A program made the translations under genes and the position numbers. A model generated the notes under the pieces. The model ran no database searches, had not been told where the DNA came from, and saw only the letters and a program-made list of their open reading frames with translations. From an uncultured Actinomycetes bacterium (GTDB lineage: Bacteria; Actinomycetota; Thermoleophilia; UBA2241), in assembly GCA_963767005.1 (NCBI GenBank), contig CAVYCN010000004.1, positions 416,001 through 480,000 of the forward strand: DNA of 64,000 bases, in the 5' to 3' direction. Shown one piece after another: positions 30,574-39,271 of the stretch (within the stretch, counting starts at the first letter, position 1; each line of letters opens with the position of its first letter).

Positions 30574-32163
30574 GTGAGCGAAGAATCCGCGGACAGGGTT
30601 GAGTACCACAGCGTGAAGGCTTTCGCTCGCGAGGAGCCCCGAATTGAGCTCATCGAGACCATGCTCAGGTCGGTTCTCGCGGCGGTTGACCTTGAGTATC
30701 AGGGCAAGCCCGTGCGGATCGACGGCTTTCGACTCCGCGACGCCGAGGATTGGCGCACGGTGCGCGAGACGTCGCTCCAACAAAACCTCGGCTCGTTCTC
30801 CACGGCCTGCAATTGCCACTGCGAATTCTGCTATGAGGACGGGAACCCAGAAGGCCTGTTCGTCAGGGAGCCCCGCTTCGTGAGCCTTGCTGAGGCCAAG
30901 ACGCGGTCGCGGCACGTACACGACGGCCAAGGGATGATGCGCGAGACAAAGTGCTTCTTCGAGCCCTTGGCCAATCCGCAGTTCCTCTCCCTGCTCGAGG
31001 TCGTTCGTGAGCGCCATCCCGACCAGGTGATTGACGTCACGACGAACGGGAGTCTGCTCACGAGCGACGTTGTCGCTCGCCTTGCGGACCTCAAGCCCGT
31101 CTACGTGAACCTTTCGCTGATTTCCGCGAACGGACCGGTTCGTCGGCGCATCATGCGGGACCGCAGGGCACAAACTGCCATCGACGCAATTCGGCACCTT
31201 CGAGCCCGCGAGGTCCCCTTCATGGGGACGCTCGTGCCTCTGCCCGATCAGGGGCTCCAGGATGTCACCGAAACGCTGGAGTACCTCGACGCATACGACG
31301 CCCGACTGGTGCGCGTGGCTCCCCCCGGGCTGAGCCGCTACCATCCAAGCTACAGGCCCGGGATCTTCGAGACGTGGGTGCCCGACCTCGTTGAGCATCT
31401 CTTAGCTGAGCGCCAGCGTCTCGCGACCCCTGTGATCGTCAGCCCCTTCGGCTTCGCCTCGGTGTCGATCGAGCCCATAGTCGAGGGGGTTATTCGCAGC
31501 TCCCCTGCGGCGAGCGCAGGAGTGCGCCTAGGGGACAAGGTGACTGTCGTCGACGGCACCAAGGTCGTGTCGCGCTCGCACGCTGCCAGCCTGCTGCGGC
31601 GGGCAATGAGAGTAGGAGTCGTCGACGTCGAGATCGCGCGCGGCTCGAAAACCAGACGTTTGCACCTGCAAGAGCCCGCCTTCGACGCTGACGCATACCC
31701 GCACAAGCCACGCGGCTACAAGCCGCTCGATTTTGCCGGCATGAGCTTCGGGTTGGTCCTGCCCGGTTCGTTCAAACTGCAATACGTCAAGCAGATACAC
31801 AGCAAGATTCAGGAGCGCAGCGCGAGGCACACGTTGATCGTGGCCTCGTCGTTCTATCGAGAGCTCGTTGAGAACCTGGTTCGCGACTTGCCGCTGCCCG
31901 ACGGTTCCTCGCTTGCCTTGGTCGTGCCGACCAACGGCTATTTCGGCGGGACCGTAAATGTCGGCGACCTGTGGGTGCTCGACGACATCGGTGACGCCGT
32001 CCGGGCCTACGTGCGCTCCCATGGCAAGCCCGACCTGCTGCTAATCCCAAGCTCGTGCCTCTCGCGGTGGGGACGAGACTTGCGTGGCGTGGCATACACG
32101 GAGCTCGAGGCGAGCCTCGGCATCGACATCGCGCTCATCCATTGCGAGCGCATCATTCTGTGA
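30574..32163 (+). CDS. Radical SAM protein with internal PDZ and C-terminal DUF512-like domain
   Basis: CNCHCEFC (CxxxCxxC), EPL, TTNGSLL; PDZ-like segment VEGVIRSSPAASAGVRLGDKVTVVDG; C-terminal NGYFGGTVNVGDL..DLLLIPS..DLRG resembles the DUF512 tail. Confidence 0.85.
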   Translation: MSEESADRVEYHSVKAFAREEPRIELIETMLRSVLAAVDLEYQGKPVRIDGFRLRDAEDWRTVRETSLQQNLGSFSTACNCHCEFCYEDGNPEGLFVREPRFVSLAEAKTRSRHVHDGQGMMRETKCFFEPLANPQFLSLLEVVRERHPDQVIDVTTNGSLLTSDVVARLADLKPVYVNLSLISANGPVRRRIMRDRRAQTAIDAIRHLRAREVPFMGTLVPLPDQGLQDVTETLEYLDAYDARLVRVAPPGLSRYHPSYRPGIFETWVPDLVEHLLAERQRLATPVIVSPFGFASVSIEPIVEGVIRSSPAASAGVRLGDKVTVVDGTKVVSRSHAASLLRRAMRVGVVDVEIARGSKTRRLHLQEPAFDADAYPHKPRGYKPLDFAGMSFGLVLPGSFKLQYVKQIHSKIQERSARHTLIVASSFYRELVENLVRDLPLPDGSSLALVVPTNGYFGGTVNVGDLWVLDDIGDAVRAYVRSHGKPDLLLIPSSCLSRWGRDLRGVAYTELEASLGIDIALIHCERIIL

Positions 32164-32170
32164 GGTCATC

Positions 32171-32422
32171 ATGAACGAGATTGCCGGTGAAGCCGAGTAT
32201 GTCTGGCACTTCAAGCTGTCTGCAGACACGGGCGGGATCGGAGCCGGGGACGGCCTGACCGGGATGGTGAGAGAACAGCTCCAGGCGCTCCTGCGTTGCG
32301 TCATCCTCACCGATCACGGCGCGAACCTGAAGGTGACCGGCTTTCGCTTCCTCGACGAACCGGGCGTAGTGCACAGCCTCCACGCGAATTCCCAAGAGGC
32401 TCCCTCACACGAGGGCCATTGA
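32171..32422 (+). CDS. 83-aa protein homologous to the N-terminal domain of the adjacent radical SAM
   Basis: GAGG RBS; VREQLQALLRCVILTDHGANLKVTGFRFLD aligns without gaps to IETMLRSVLAAVDLEYQGKPVRIDGFRLRD. Confidence 0.75.
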   Translation: MNEIAGEAEYVWHFKLSADTGGIGAGDGLTGMVREQLQALLRCVILTDHGANLKVTGFRFLDEPGVVHSLHANSQEAPSHEGH

Positions 32423-32447
32423 CAGCTCGGGCAGGGAGTCTTAGGGT
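32419..32447 (+). promoter_or_regulatory. Internal promoter for the peptide gene
   Basis: TTGACA-N17-TAGGGT. Confidence 0.65.
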
Positions 32448-32494
32448 CCGACCGGGGTCAATCCGGCCAGTGGGAGCGTGAGATCGGAGGTCAC

Positions 32495-32608
32495 ATGAAC
32501 CAGGCGTTGGATGTCCTTGCGTTGGCCGACGTGGAAGAGGCCGACGAGATCGTCGACACGGTGATCGCCGATCCGCTGCAATTCAAATGGGACTCGCCAC
32601 TCGCCTAG
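32495..32608 (+). CDS. Putative RiPP precursor peptide, 37 aa: MNQALDVLALADVEEADEIVDTVIADPLQFKWDSPLA
   Basis: GGAGG RBS 4 nt before the ATG, own promoter, strong terminator downstream; acidic leader-like region and aromatic C-terminal segment; below the ORF-track length cutoff. Confidence 0.75.
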   Translation: MNQALDVLALADVEEADEIVDTVIADPLQFKWDSPLA

Positions 32609-32635
32609 CGAGCTAGCAGCCAAAACGCAAGCCTG

Positions 32636-32682
32636 AGGCGGCGGGCGGGAGGCGCAAAAGCGCCTCCCGCCCGCCGCCTTTC
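32636..32682 (+). terminator. Intrinsic terminator (possibly bidirectional)
   Basis: 19-20 bp perfect stem ggcggcgggcgggaggcgc-AAAA-gcgcctcccgcccgccgcc followed by tttct. Confidence 0.85.
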
Positions 32683-32690
32683 TCCATCCC

Positions 32691-35672
32691 TCACCCGCTC
32701 ACGCGCACGGCGAGGATCTGCACGTCGTCGCGCAGCCCGTCGGCGTAGCGCTCCACCGCTGCGCCGACGCCCTGCGCCACGGCCTGCACATCGCCGTCGC
32801 GCAGCTCGTCCATGACGTCGAGCAGACGCCGTTCGCCGAACATCTCGCGGCGGCGGCGCGCCTCGGTCACGCCGTCGGTGTACAGCAGCAGGGTGTCGCC
32901 GGCGAGCAATGGGAGCTGGCGCACCGAGAAGCTCGCCGGAAAGGCGCCGAGCGGCGGGTGGAACGGCAGCTCGAGCAGCTCGGCGCGCGCCCCCCTGCGG
33001 ACGAGGACCGGTGGCGGATGGCCGGCGCTTGCCAGCACGGCCTGTCCGCGTGCGACGTCGACCGCGAGGAGCAAGGCGGTCACGAGCTGGCCGTGGCCCG
33101 GCTCGTGCAGCAGCAGGTCGTTGACGTGTCGAAGCACGTACTCGGGCGACGGGGTGATGAGCGTCAGCACACGCATGGCGCTGCGCACCGTCTCGGTCAT
33201 GCCGGCGGCGCCGATGCCCTTGCCTGTGACGTCGCCGATCAGCAGGGCCACAAGGCCTTTCCGGGCGACAAGCACGTCGTGAAAGTCGCCGCCCACGAGG
33301 TCGGGACGGTTGGCGGGGCGCGAGACAGCGGCCAGCTCGAGCCCCTCCACCCGGGGCATGGGGTGGATGAGGTGCGCCTGCAGCACGGTCGCGATATCGC
33401 GTTGGGTCTCGAAGAGACGGGCGTTCTCGAGGCCGGTCGTGGCCGCGGCCGCGATCGCTTCGAGCAGAGTGAGCTCGTCGGGCGCCACGTCGTGGACCCG
33501 CTTCCAGGCGGCGAACAGCGTGCCGATCGCGTTGCCGCCGGCCCGGAGCGGCAGGATGGCGAAGGCGCGCACGCCGGTCGCCTGCGCAGCGCGCCGCGAG
33601 GTCCTGGTCACCTCTTGGACCTGCGCGTCGGCGCCGACGCGCGGCTGGCCTGTCCTGAAGCAGATCGCCGTCTCGCGGTCGGCGCCGACCGGCATCGACC
33701 CCTCGACCTGGAGTCGACCGGAAGGGTCGAACGTGGCGACAGGCTCGAGCGACCTGCCGTTCGCGTCGGCCAGGCGGATCTGCACCTGATCGGCGTCGAG
33801 CAGGCGGCGGACCTCGTCGACCACCGCGCCGGCGGCTGTGGCGACGTCGAGCGACGCCGACGCCGACTCGGCCACCCTGCGCAGCACCTGGAGTTGCCTG
33901 CTGCGCCGTTCCTCGGCCTCGCGTGACGCGACCTCCGCCTCGAGCAGGCGGGCGTTGTCGAGGGCGAGCGAGACGGTGGCGCCGAGCTTGCGCCCGAAGT
34001 CCGTCTCGGCGGGGCTGAACGCACGCGGGGTCTTGCCGTAGGCGAGCAGGCAGCCGGTCACCTGTTCGCGGACCAGCAGCGGCACGCCGAGGACCGACCG
34101 CAGTCGGTGTTCGCGGACGAAGCCAACGTCGAAGGCGGAATCGTGCATGTCGGCGATCGCGAGGAGGCTCCTGGTCTCCTCGGCGCGCACGGCGATGGGT
34201 GCCACCTCGTCGGGCAGGAGCGCGCCGGTGGCCGACGGATCGAGGCCATACTGGTAACGGACCAGCCAGCCGCCGGCGGCGCGGATCTCGATGGCGCCGG
34301 CGTCGAGGCGCAGCGCACGCACGCCGGCGTCGAGGGCGCGCTGCATGATCTCGTCGGCGGTGAACGTGGCATGGACGAGCCGGTTGATCCCGTTGAGCGC
34401 CTCGCTCAGCCGCACCCGCTCGGCGAGCTCCGGGGTCTGCGAGCGCAGCTCATCGGCCTGGAGTCGCAGCTCCTCGCCCTGCGCCCGCTCGGCCGTGACG
34501 TCGGTGTGCAGCGCGAGGTTGGCGACGTGTGTGCCGGATTTGTCGTGCAGCGGGCTTGCGTTGAAGCGCGTCCAGAGAGTGCCGCCGTCGCTGCGGAGAA
34601 AGGCGAACTCGCCGGTCGCGATCTCGCCGCCGCCGAGCTTGTGGCGGAGCGCGTCGACGTCGCCGCGCCACTCCGGCGAGGCGAAGTCGGTGCTCGACTT
34701 GCCGAGGATCTCCTCGACGGGGTAGCCGAGCATCTCGGCCATGCGTGGATTGACGTAGGTGTACGCACCGTCGAGCCGGGCGATGGCGACGCCCTCGGCG
34801 GCCGTCTCGACGATCGTGCGGTATCGCTCCTCGCTATCCTGCAGGCGCCCGAGAAGCTCGTCGCGGTCGGCCTCACGCCGCTTGCGCGCACCGATCTCGA
34901 TGCTGAACTGGTTGATGCCGTGGACGGTCGGATAGAGGCGCTGCTCGAACCAGGTCTCGAGCGGCGGGAACCAGAACTCGTAGCGGCTCGCGATACCGAG
35001 GTGCATGGCGTCGAGCAGGCGCCGCTCGACGTCGGTCCCCACTATGTCGGGGAACAGGTCCCACAACGAGTGGCCCAGCAACTCGGCGGGCGTCAGGCCG
35101 GTCATCTCGCAGAAGCTGCGATTGACGTACAGGTGGTGGAACTCCCAATCGAGCGCCGCGAAGAGCTCGTCGATGTCCTCGAGGAACGTGGGTTGGCCCG
35201 ACGGGTCGAACGCGGGGATGGCGCTCGGCGCGGCGTCCGGCGCCGCGACCGCGTCGCGCTTGACCAGCCGCACCTGGAGGCCGCAGTCGCTGGACAGGGC
35301 GACCTCGTCGCAAAGCCGCGAGATCAGGAACAAGCCGCGGCCGTGGTCGAGGCTGGGGTCGGGCACTCGGTCGGGCGTGAAGGCAGCCACGTCGAAACCG
35401 TGGCCCGCATCCTTCACCGTGGCGATCACATGGCCGTCGTCGAAGCTCAGGGAGATCTCGATCTCGGCGCGAGAGCCGCTGTGGCGGATGGCGTTGGTGC
35501 AGGCTTCCTCGATGGCGAGCACGAGGTCGTGAACGGTGGCGGCCTCGGCGCAGTGCCCGCTCAGATACTCGCGCAGCCGTTCGCGGGCGCGCGCCAGATG
35601 GGCCGGGTCGGGAGCCAGGCGAAAGCGCAGCCGCGGCCCAACGTTCGTTCGTCTGGAGAAGCTGTCGGTCAC
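32691..35672 (-). CDS. HATPase-PAS-PAS-GAF-GAF-SpoIIE (PP2C) multidomain protein
   Basis: EEACTNAIRHSG..HGRGLFL; two PAS, two GAF; VGGDFHD, GDVTGKG, SAGHPPP, YTDGVTEA, DDV. Confidence 0.9.
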   Translation of the reverse strand: MTDSFSRRTNVGPRLRFRLAPDPAHLARARERLREYLSGHCAEAATVHDLVLAIEEACTNAIRHSGSRAEIEISLSFDDGHVIATVKDAGHGFDVAAFTPDRVPDPSLDHGRGLFLISRLCDEVALSSDCGLQVRLVKRDAVAAPDAAPSAIPAFDPSGQPTFLEDIDELFAALDWEFHHLYVNRSFCEMTGLTPAELLGHSLWDLFPDIVGTDVERRLLDAMHLGIASRYEFWFPPLETWFEQRLYPTVHGINQFSIEIGARKRREADRDELLGRLQDSEERYRTIVETAAEGVAIARLDGAYTYVNPRMAEMLGYPVEEILGKSSTDFASPEWRGDVDALRHKLGGGEIATGEFAFLRSDGGTLWTRFNASPLHDKSGTHVANLALHTDVTAERAQGEELRLQADELRSQTPELAERVRLSEALNGINRLVHATFTADEIMQRALDAGVRALRLDAGAIEIRAAGGWLVRYQYGLDPSATGALLPDEVAPIAVRAEETRSLLAIADMHDSAFDVGFVREHRLRSVLGVPLLVREQVTGCLLAYGKTPRAFSPAETDFGRKLGATVSLALDNARLLEAEVASREAEERRSRQLQVLRRVAESASASLDVATAAGAVVDEVRRLLDADQVQIRLADANGRSLEPVATFDPSGRLQVEGSMPVGADRETAICFRTGQPRVGADAQVQEVTRTSRRAAQATGVRAFAILPLRAGGNAIGTLFAAWKRVHDVAPDELTLLEAIAAAATTGLENARLFETQRDIATVLQAHLIHPMPRVEGLELAAVSRPANRPDLVGGDFHDVLVARKGLVALLIGDVTGKGIGAAGMTETVRSAMRVLTLITPSPEYVLRHVNDLLLHEPGHGQLVTALLLAVDVARGQAVLASAGHPPPVLVRRGARAELLELPFHPPLGAFPASFSVRQLPLLAGDTLLLYTDGVTEARRRREMFGERRLLDVMDELRDGDVQAVAQGVGAAVERYADGLRDDVQILAVRVSG

Positions 35673-35739
35673 GCCTTGCCCGCTCGAGTGACGACCTTCG
35701 CGGTCAGCCTACTGCCGTCGGCGGAGAGTGACGACCGTT

Positions 35740-35781
35740 CGTCGTCGGCGGGGAGTCAGGCGTCGTCGGCGGGGAGTCAGG
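35740..35781. repeat. 21-bp tandem duplication
   Basis: cgtcgtcggcggggagtcagg x2, spanning the stop codon of the PfkB kinase. Confidence 0.8.
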
Positions 35782-36733
35782 CGCCGGCGGCGCCTGACGT
35801 CAGCCGGCCGGCGCCGCTCGACCGGCGGGCGGTCTCGAGCTGCGCCAGCGTGGGGATGCCCGTGTTGCCGAGCCGGGTGGCCTTCAGCGCCGCCGCCCAG
35901 GCGGCGAGGTCGAAGCACTCGGGCACCGGCAGGCCGCGCGCCAGCGCCCAGGCGTAGGCGCCGTGGAAGGTGTCGCCGGCTCCGTTCGAGTCGACGGCGG
36001 CGACCGGCGCGGCATCCCAGCGCCCCCTGCACTCGGGTGCGTCGCCTGTGGCAAAGACTCCGCCCCTGGCGCCCTGGGTCACGCCGAACACCTTCCGGCA
36101 GGAGGTGCCCCACGACTCGGCCGCCGCCCGCTCCGCGGGGTGTCCCGTCAGCTTCAGCACGTACTTCTCGGGCGCTATCACATGGTCGGAGCGGCCCATC
36201 AGCCCTTCGGTCCACGGCCGCCCCGATCCGGTGTCCAGCACCGTGGTCACCCCACGTCGCCGGCATTCGTCGAGCGCCGCGTTCGCCAGGACGCCGTCGG
36301 TCGCGTCGAGCAGGGCGACGTCGACGCCGTCGAGGAACTCGGGAAGGCGCCGGGTCATGCGCTCGTCGGCCATCGGCTGGGGCAGCCAGATGATCGTCCG
36401 CGTCGCCTCTGCTCGCGCGACGATCACGGCCGAGTGCTGCGAGGGCTGGTCGTAGGCGACCCAGGTACACTCGACGCCCTCGGCCTCGAGCCCGGACTTG
36501 AGGACCTGAGCGTGGAGGTCGCTCCCGCAGGCAGCCAGCAGCCTGGCCGTGCCGCCGAGCCGGCGCGCGGCGACCGCGCCGCGGCCGGCCACGCCGCCCA
36601 CGACGGTCTGGTGGTCGAGCGCGCGGGTGACCGAGTCGGCCTGCGGATGGTCTTCGAGGACGTAGAGGTAGTCCACCGTCGCCATGCCGATCATCGCGAC
36701 AACGGGTGCGCGATCCAGTCGCGGTCCAGCCAC
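35777..36733 (-). CDS. PfkB family carbohydrate kinase
   Basis: GGVAG..AARRLG, VTQGARG, DSNGAGDTFHG. Confidence 0.9.
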   Translation of the reverse strand: MAGPRLDRAPVVAMIGMATVDYLYVLEDHPQADSVTRALDHQTVVGGVAGRGAVAARRLGGTARLLAACGSDLHAQVLKSGLEAEGVECTWVAYDQPSQHSAVIVARAEATRTIIWLPQPMADERMTRRLPEFLDGVDVALLDATDGVLANAALDECRRRGVTTVLDTGSGRPWTEGLMGRSDHVIAPEKYVLKLTGHPAERAAAESWGTSCRKVFGVTQGARGGVFATGDAPECRGRWDAAPVAAVDSNGAGDTFHGAYAWALARGLPVPECFDLAAWAAALKATRLGNTGIPTLAQLETARRSSGAGRLTSGAAGA

Positions 36734-36873
36734 TCGCTACCTCCCTGCGTACCCGACGCCGCGGGCCTTTCGGGCTTCCTCTCTGCGCATCGGAGCTCGC
36801 CCCCCATCAGGATATCGCGGACGGCCCCGTCCTTGGTCTTGACCTTTGCGGCGGCTAGGCCGACTCTCACTCG

Positions 36874-37495
36874 GTGGTCGTCAGCACCGCATACTGGCGC
36901 AAGACGCTGGCGGGCTGGAAGGACGTCTTTGCGAAGTGTCTGGACGGCAGGGACCTCGAACACGTGGTCCACGCCAGCGTCTGCTTCGACTACCGCCAGG
37001 CGGCCGGCGGACTGTACGTGACCCAGGCGCTGACCGACATCATGCGCGAGGCGCCGGCTCACCCCCGGTTTCTGCAGTGGCTCGCGCGCCTGGGCTCGGA
37101 CATCGCCGCGTCCGTCGGGGGTTCCGGCACAAGCTCGACGCCGTCGTCGACATCAAGGACGGCGGCCTGCTGCCCATCCAGAACATGGCCCGCTACCACG
37201 CGCTGGCGCGCGGCGTCACCATCCAGGCGACGCTCGAGCGCCTGGCCGCCGTCTGCGGTTTGGACGCCGAGGGCGCCGAGTGCGACCGCACCCTGCGCGA
37301 GGCCTCTCTCACCATCAAGCAGCTCCAGCTCGGCCCCACGGTGAGGCTGTACGCGCGGGACGCGCGCCCGACAACACGCTCGACACGCGCGGGCTGCGAC
37401 CGCTCGTCGGCGCGAACCTGCAGGAGGCGCTGCGCGCGCTCGCAGCGGCGCAGGCCCACGTGCAGCGCGCCTCCGGAGGGCGGCGCGGGGTCTGA
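36874..37495 (+). pseudogene. Remnant of a DUF294 nucleotidyltransferase substrate-binding domain gene
   Basis: WRKTLAGW..FDYR, DIKDGGLLPI..AR..AL..TLERL and PDN..L..L.EALR lie in three frames (shifts near 37120 and 37335); N-terminus absent. Confidence 0.7.
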
Positions 37496-37533
37496 TCGGC
37501 GTGCCGGCCGACCCGTGTTTCGACTGCTTGCGC

Positions 37534-37815
37534 CTACTTCTTGCGGACGACCACGCTCACGCCCGGGCTCGTGAACCTGTAGCCGGCGGCCGTGTAGGTG
37601 GCGACGAAGCGCCACAAGCGGCCCCCATGAGACCGCCAGGTCCATCGGAAGGTGCCGGGGCTCGTCAGCCTCAGGCGGCGCAGCACGGTGAGCCAGCCGT
37701 GGAGACGACGGCTGAGGCAGACGGTCCGGGTCGCGGTCAGCGAGTTCGTGACCGCTCCGCCGATGACGACGGTCTTGCCCGCGACCACGCTGCTGCGTGA
37801 GACCCGCAGGCTGAG
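37534..37815 (-). pseudogene. Probable C-terminal fragment of a secreted/surface protein
   Basis: Basic beta-rich tail (GTFRWTW..WRFVATY..SPGVSVVVRKK) with no convincing start or signal peptide. Confidence 0.35.
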
Positions 37816-37934
37816 CGATGGTGCCGCCGGCGAACGGCGGCTCGATTGCGAGGCTCGAGCGTAGGCTCGCCTCAGGTTCAGCTGCCTCGATGGCCACACC
37901 CCCACCGACGGCCGGAGGCGGCCCTCGGTCGTTG

Positions 37935-38675
37935 CTATCGGGACGGCGGCGCTTCGAATCTCGTCGTCAACGACGTCCCCGCCATGCCCTCGAGGAGCCT
38001 GTCGTAGTCGTAGGGCACACGCACGAATTCGGCCAACGTCTCGCCGGTTTCAAGCCTCTCGGGTTGGACGATGGCGTAACACACACGCCAATCGCCGTCT
38101 TTGGGGCGCCCGCCGCTGCCGACGTTGATGAAGGCCGTGCCGCCGACCTCGCGGACGTAGGGGATGTGGGTGTGGCCAAAGATGATCGCCCGGTAGGGGT
38201 CTGCCTCGGCGAGACGGGCAAGGCTCGTCTCGGGGCGGTCCTCGAAAAGGTACTCATTGATACGCCGCGGACTGCCGTGCACGGCGAGCAGCTCGCCGGC
38301 GGGCGTCTCGAGCACGAAACGATCTTCGAGCGTACGCAGGTAGGCGCGCGTCTCGGGGCTCGTCGCTTGCTCTGTCCAGGCCAGAGAGGCGGCGCCTTCG
38401 GCGCGCTGCTCGTCGGTCTTGTAGGCGCAGCCACAGTCGCCGGTCTCAAATCCGACCCCCTGGTCGTAGTTGCCCATCACGGTGGGGATGGCGCGCTCGC
38501 GCAGAAGCTGGGAGACCTCGTTGGGGAAGGGACCGTAGCCTACGAGGTCACCCAGGCAGAGCACATCGGGCACACCTCGTTGCTGGACATCGTCGAGGAT
38601 GGCCTCGAGGGCGGGGAGGTTGCCGTGCACGTCTGAGAACACCGCGATCGGCCCGTTCATCGTGAGGCGCTTCAC
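37935..38675 (-). CDS. Metallophosphoesterase (calcineurin-like), ars-associated
   Basis: SDVHGN, GDLVGYG, GNYD, HGSP, GHTH, NVGS. Confidence 0.9.
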   Translation of the reverse strand: MKRLTMNGPIAVFSDVHGNLPALEAILDDVQQRGVPDVLCLGDLVGYGPFPNEVSQLLRERAIPTVMGNYDQGVGFETGDCGCAYKTDEQRAEGAASLAWTEQATSPETRAYLRTLEDRFVLETPAGELLAVHGSPRRINEYLFEDRPETSLARLAEADPYRAIIFGHTHIPYVREVGGTAFINVGSGGRPKDGDWRVCYAIVQPERLETGETLAEFVRVPYDYDRLLEGMAGTSLTTRFEAPPSR

Positions 38676-38682
38676 GGCGTAC

Positions 38683-39117
38683 TCACCGCGCGGCAAGCTC
38701 GTCGAGCCATTCGCGGATACGCATCTCGATGGCGTCGCGGACCTCTCGATAGACCGGCAGGCGCTCATCGGGGTCGCCCTGGACGGCGTCCGGGTCGGGA
38801 AACGGCCAGTGCAGCCTCGTGCCCATACCGGGGAACGTCTTGGGACACTCGCGGTTCGCTCGCTCGCAGACCGTGATCACAAAGCCGAAGTGGACTTTGC
38901 CGAGGAACTCGGAGAGGTCCTTGGCGCGCGCGCCGCTGATGTCGATGCCGCGCTCAGCCATGGCCTCGATGGCAAGGGGGTCGACGGTGGTGGCCTCCAG
39001 GCCGGCACTGAACGCCTCGAAGCGATCCGGCGCCAGCTCACGCAGGAACGCCTCGGCCATCTGACTGCGGCAACTGTTGTGGACGCACATGAACAGCACC
39101 CTGGTCTTGTTGTCCAA
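38683..39117 (-). CDS. arsC: Arsenate reductase (LMW-PTP fold, thioredoxin type)
   Basis: CVHNSCRSQMAE, ITVC..CP, HWPFPDP. Confidence 0.9.
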   Translation of the reverse strand: MDNKTRVLFMCVHNSCRSQMAEAFLRELAPDRFEAFSAGLEATTVDPLAIEAMAERGIDISGARAKDLSEFLGKVHFGFVITVCERANRECPKTFPGMGTRLHWPFPDPDAVQGDPDERLPVYREVRDAIEMRIREWLDELAAR

Positions 39118-39187
39118 ACCGACTCCTCCTCGGCGAGTTGATATCGCAGGCTACCCGGCCTGTGTCAGGAAACGATGAACTCGCCAA

Positions 39188-39230
39188 TCATAAACACACG
39201 TTGACCATAAATGGAAGTGTATGTGATAAT
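39188..39230 (+). promoter_or_regulatory. AT-rich promoter/operator of the acr3-arsR-hgcAB operon
   Basis: TTGACC-N18-GATAAT flanked by the imperfect inverted repeat ATCATAAACAC..GTGTATGTGAT (candidate ArsR site). Confidence 0.6.
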
Positions 39231-39271
39231 CGGGGAGGTCAAACCGCTTGGATCTCAGGAGAAGACACCGC

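Noticed and set aside
36691-36870. Minus-strand peptide ..GLAAAKVKTKDGAVRDILMGGELR upstream of the PfkB kinase
   Set aside because: It may be the tail of a deleted gene but is too short to assign.
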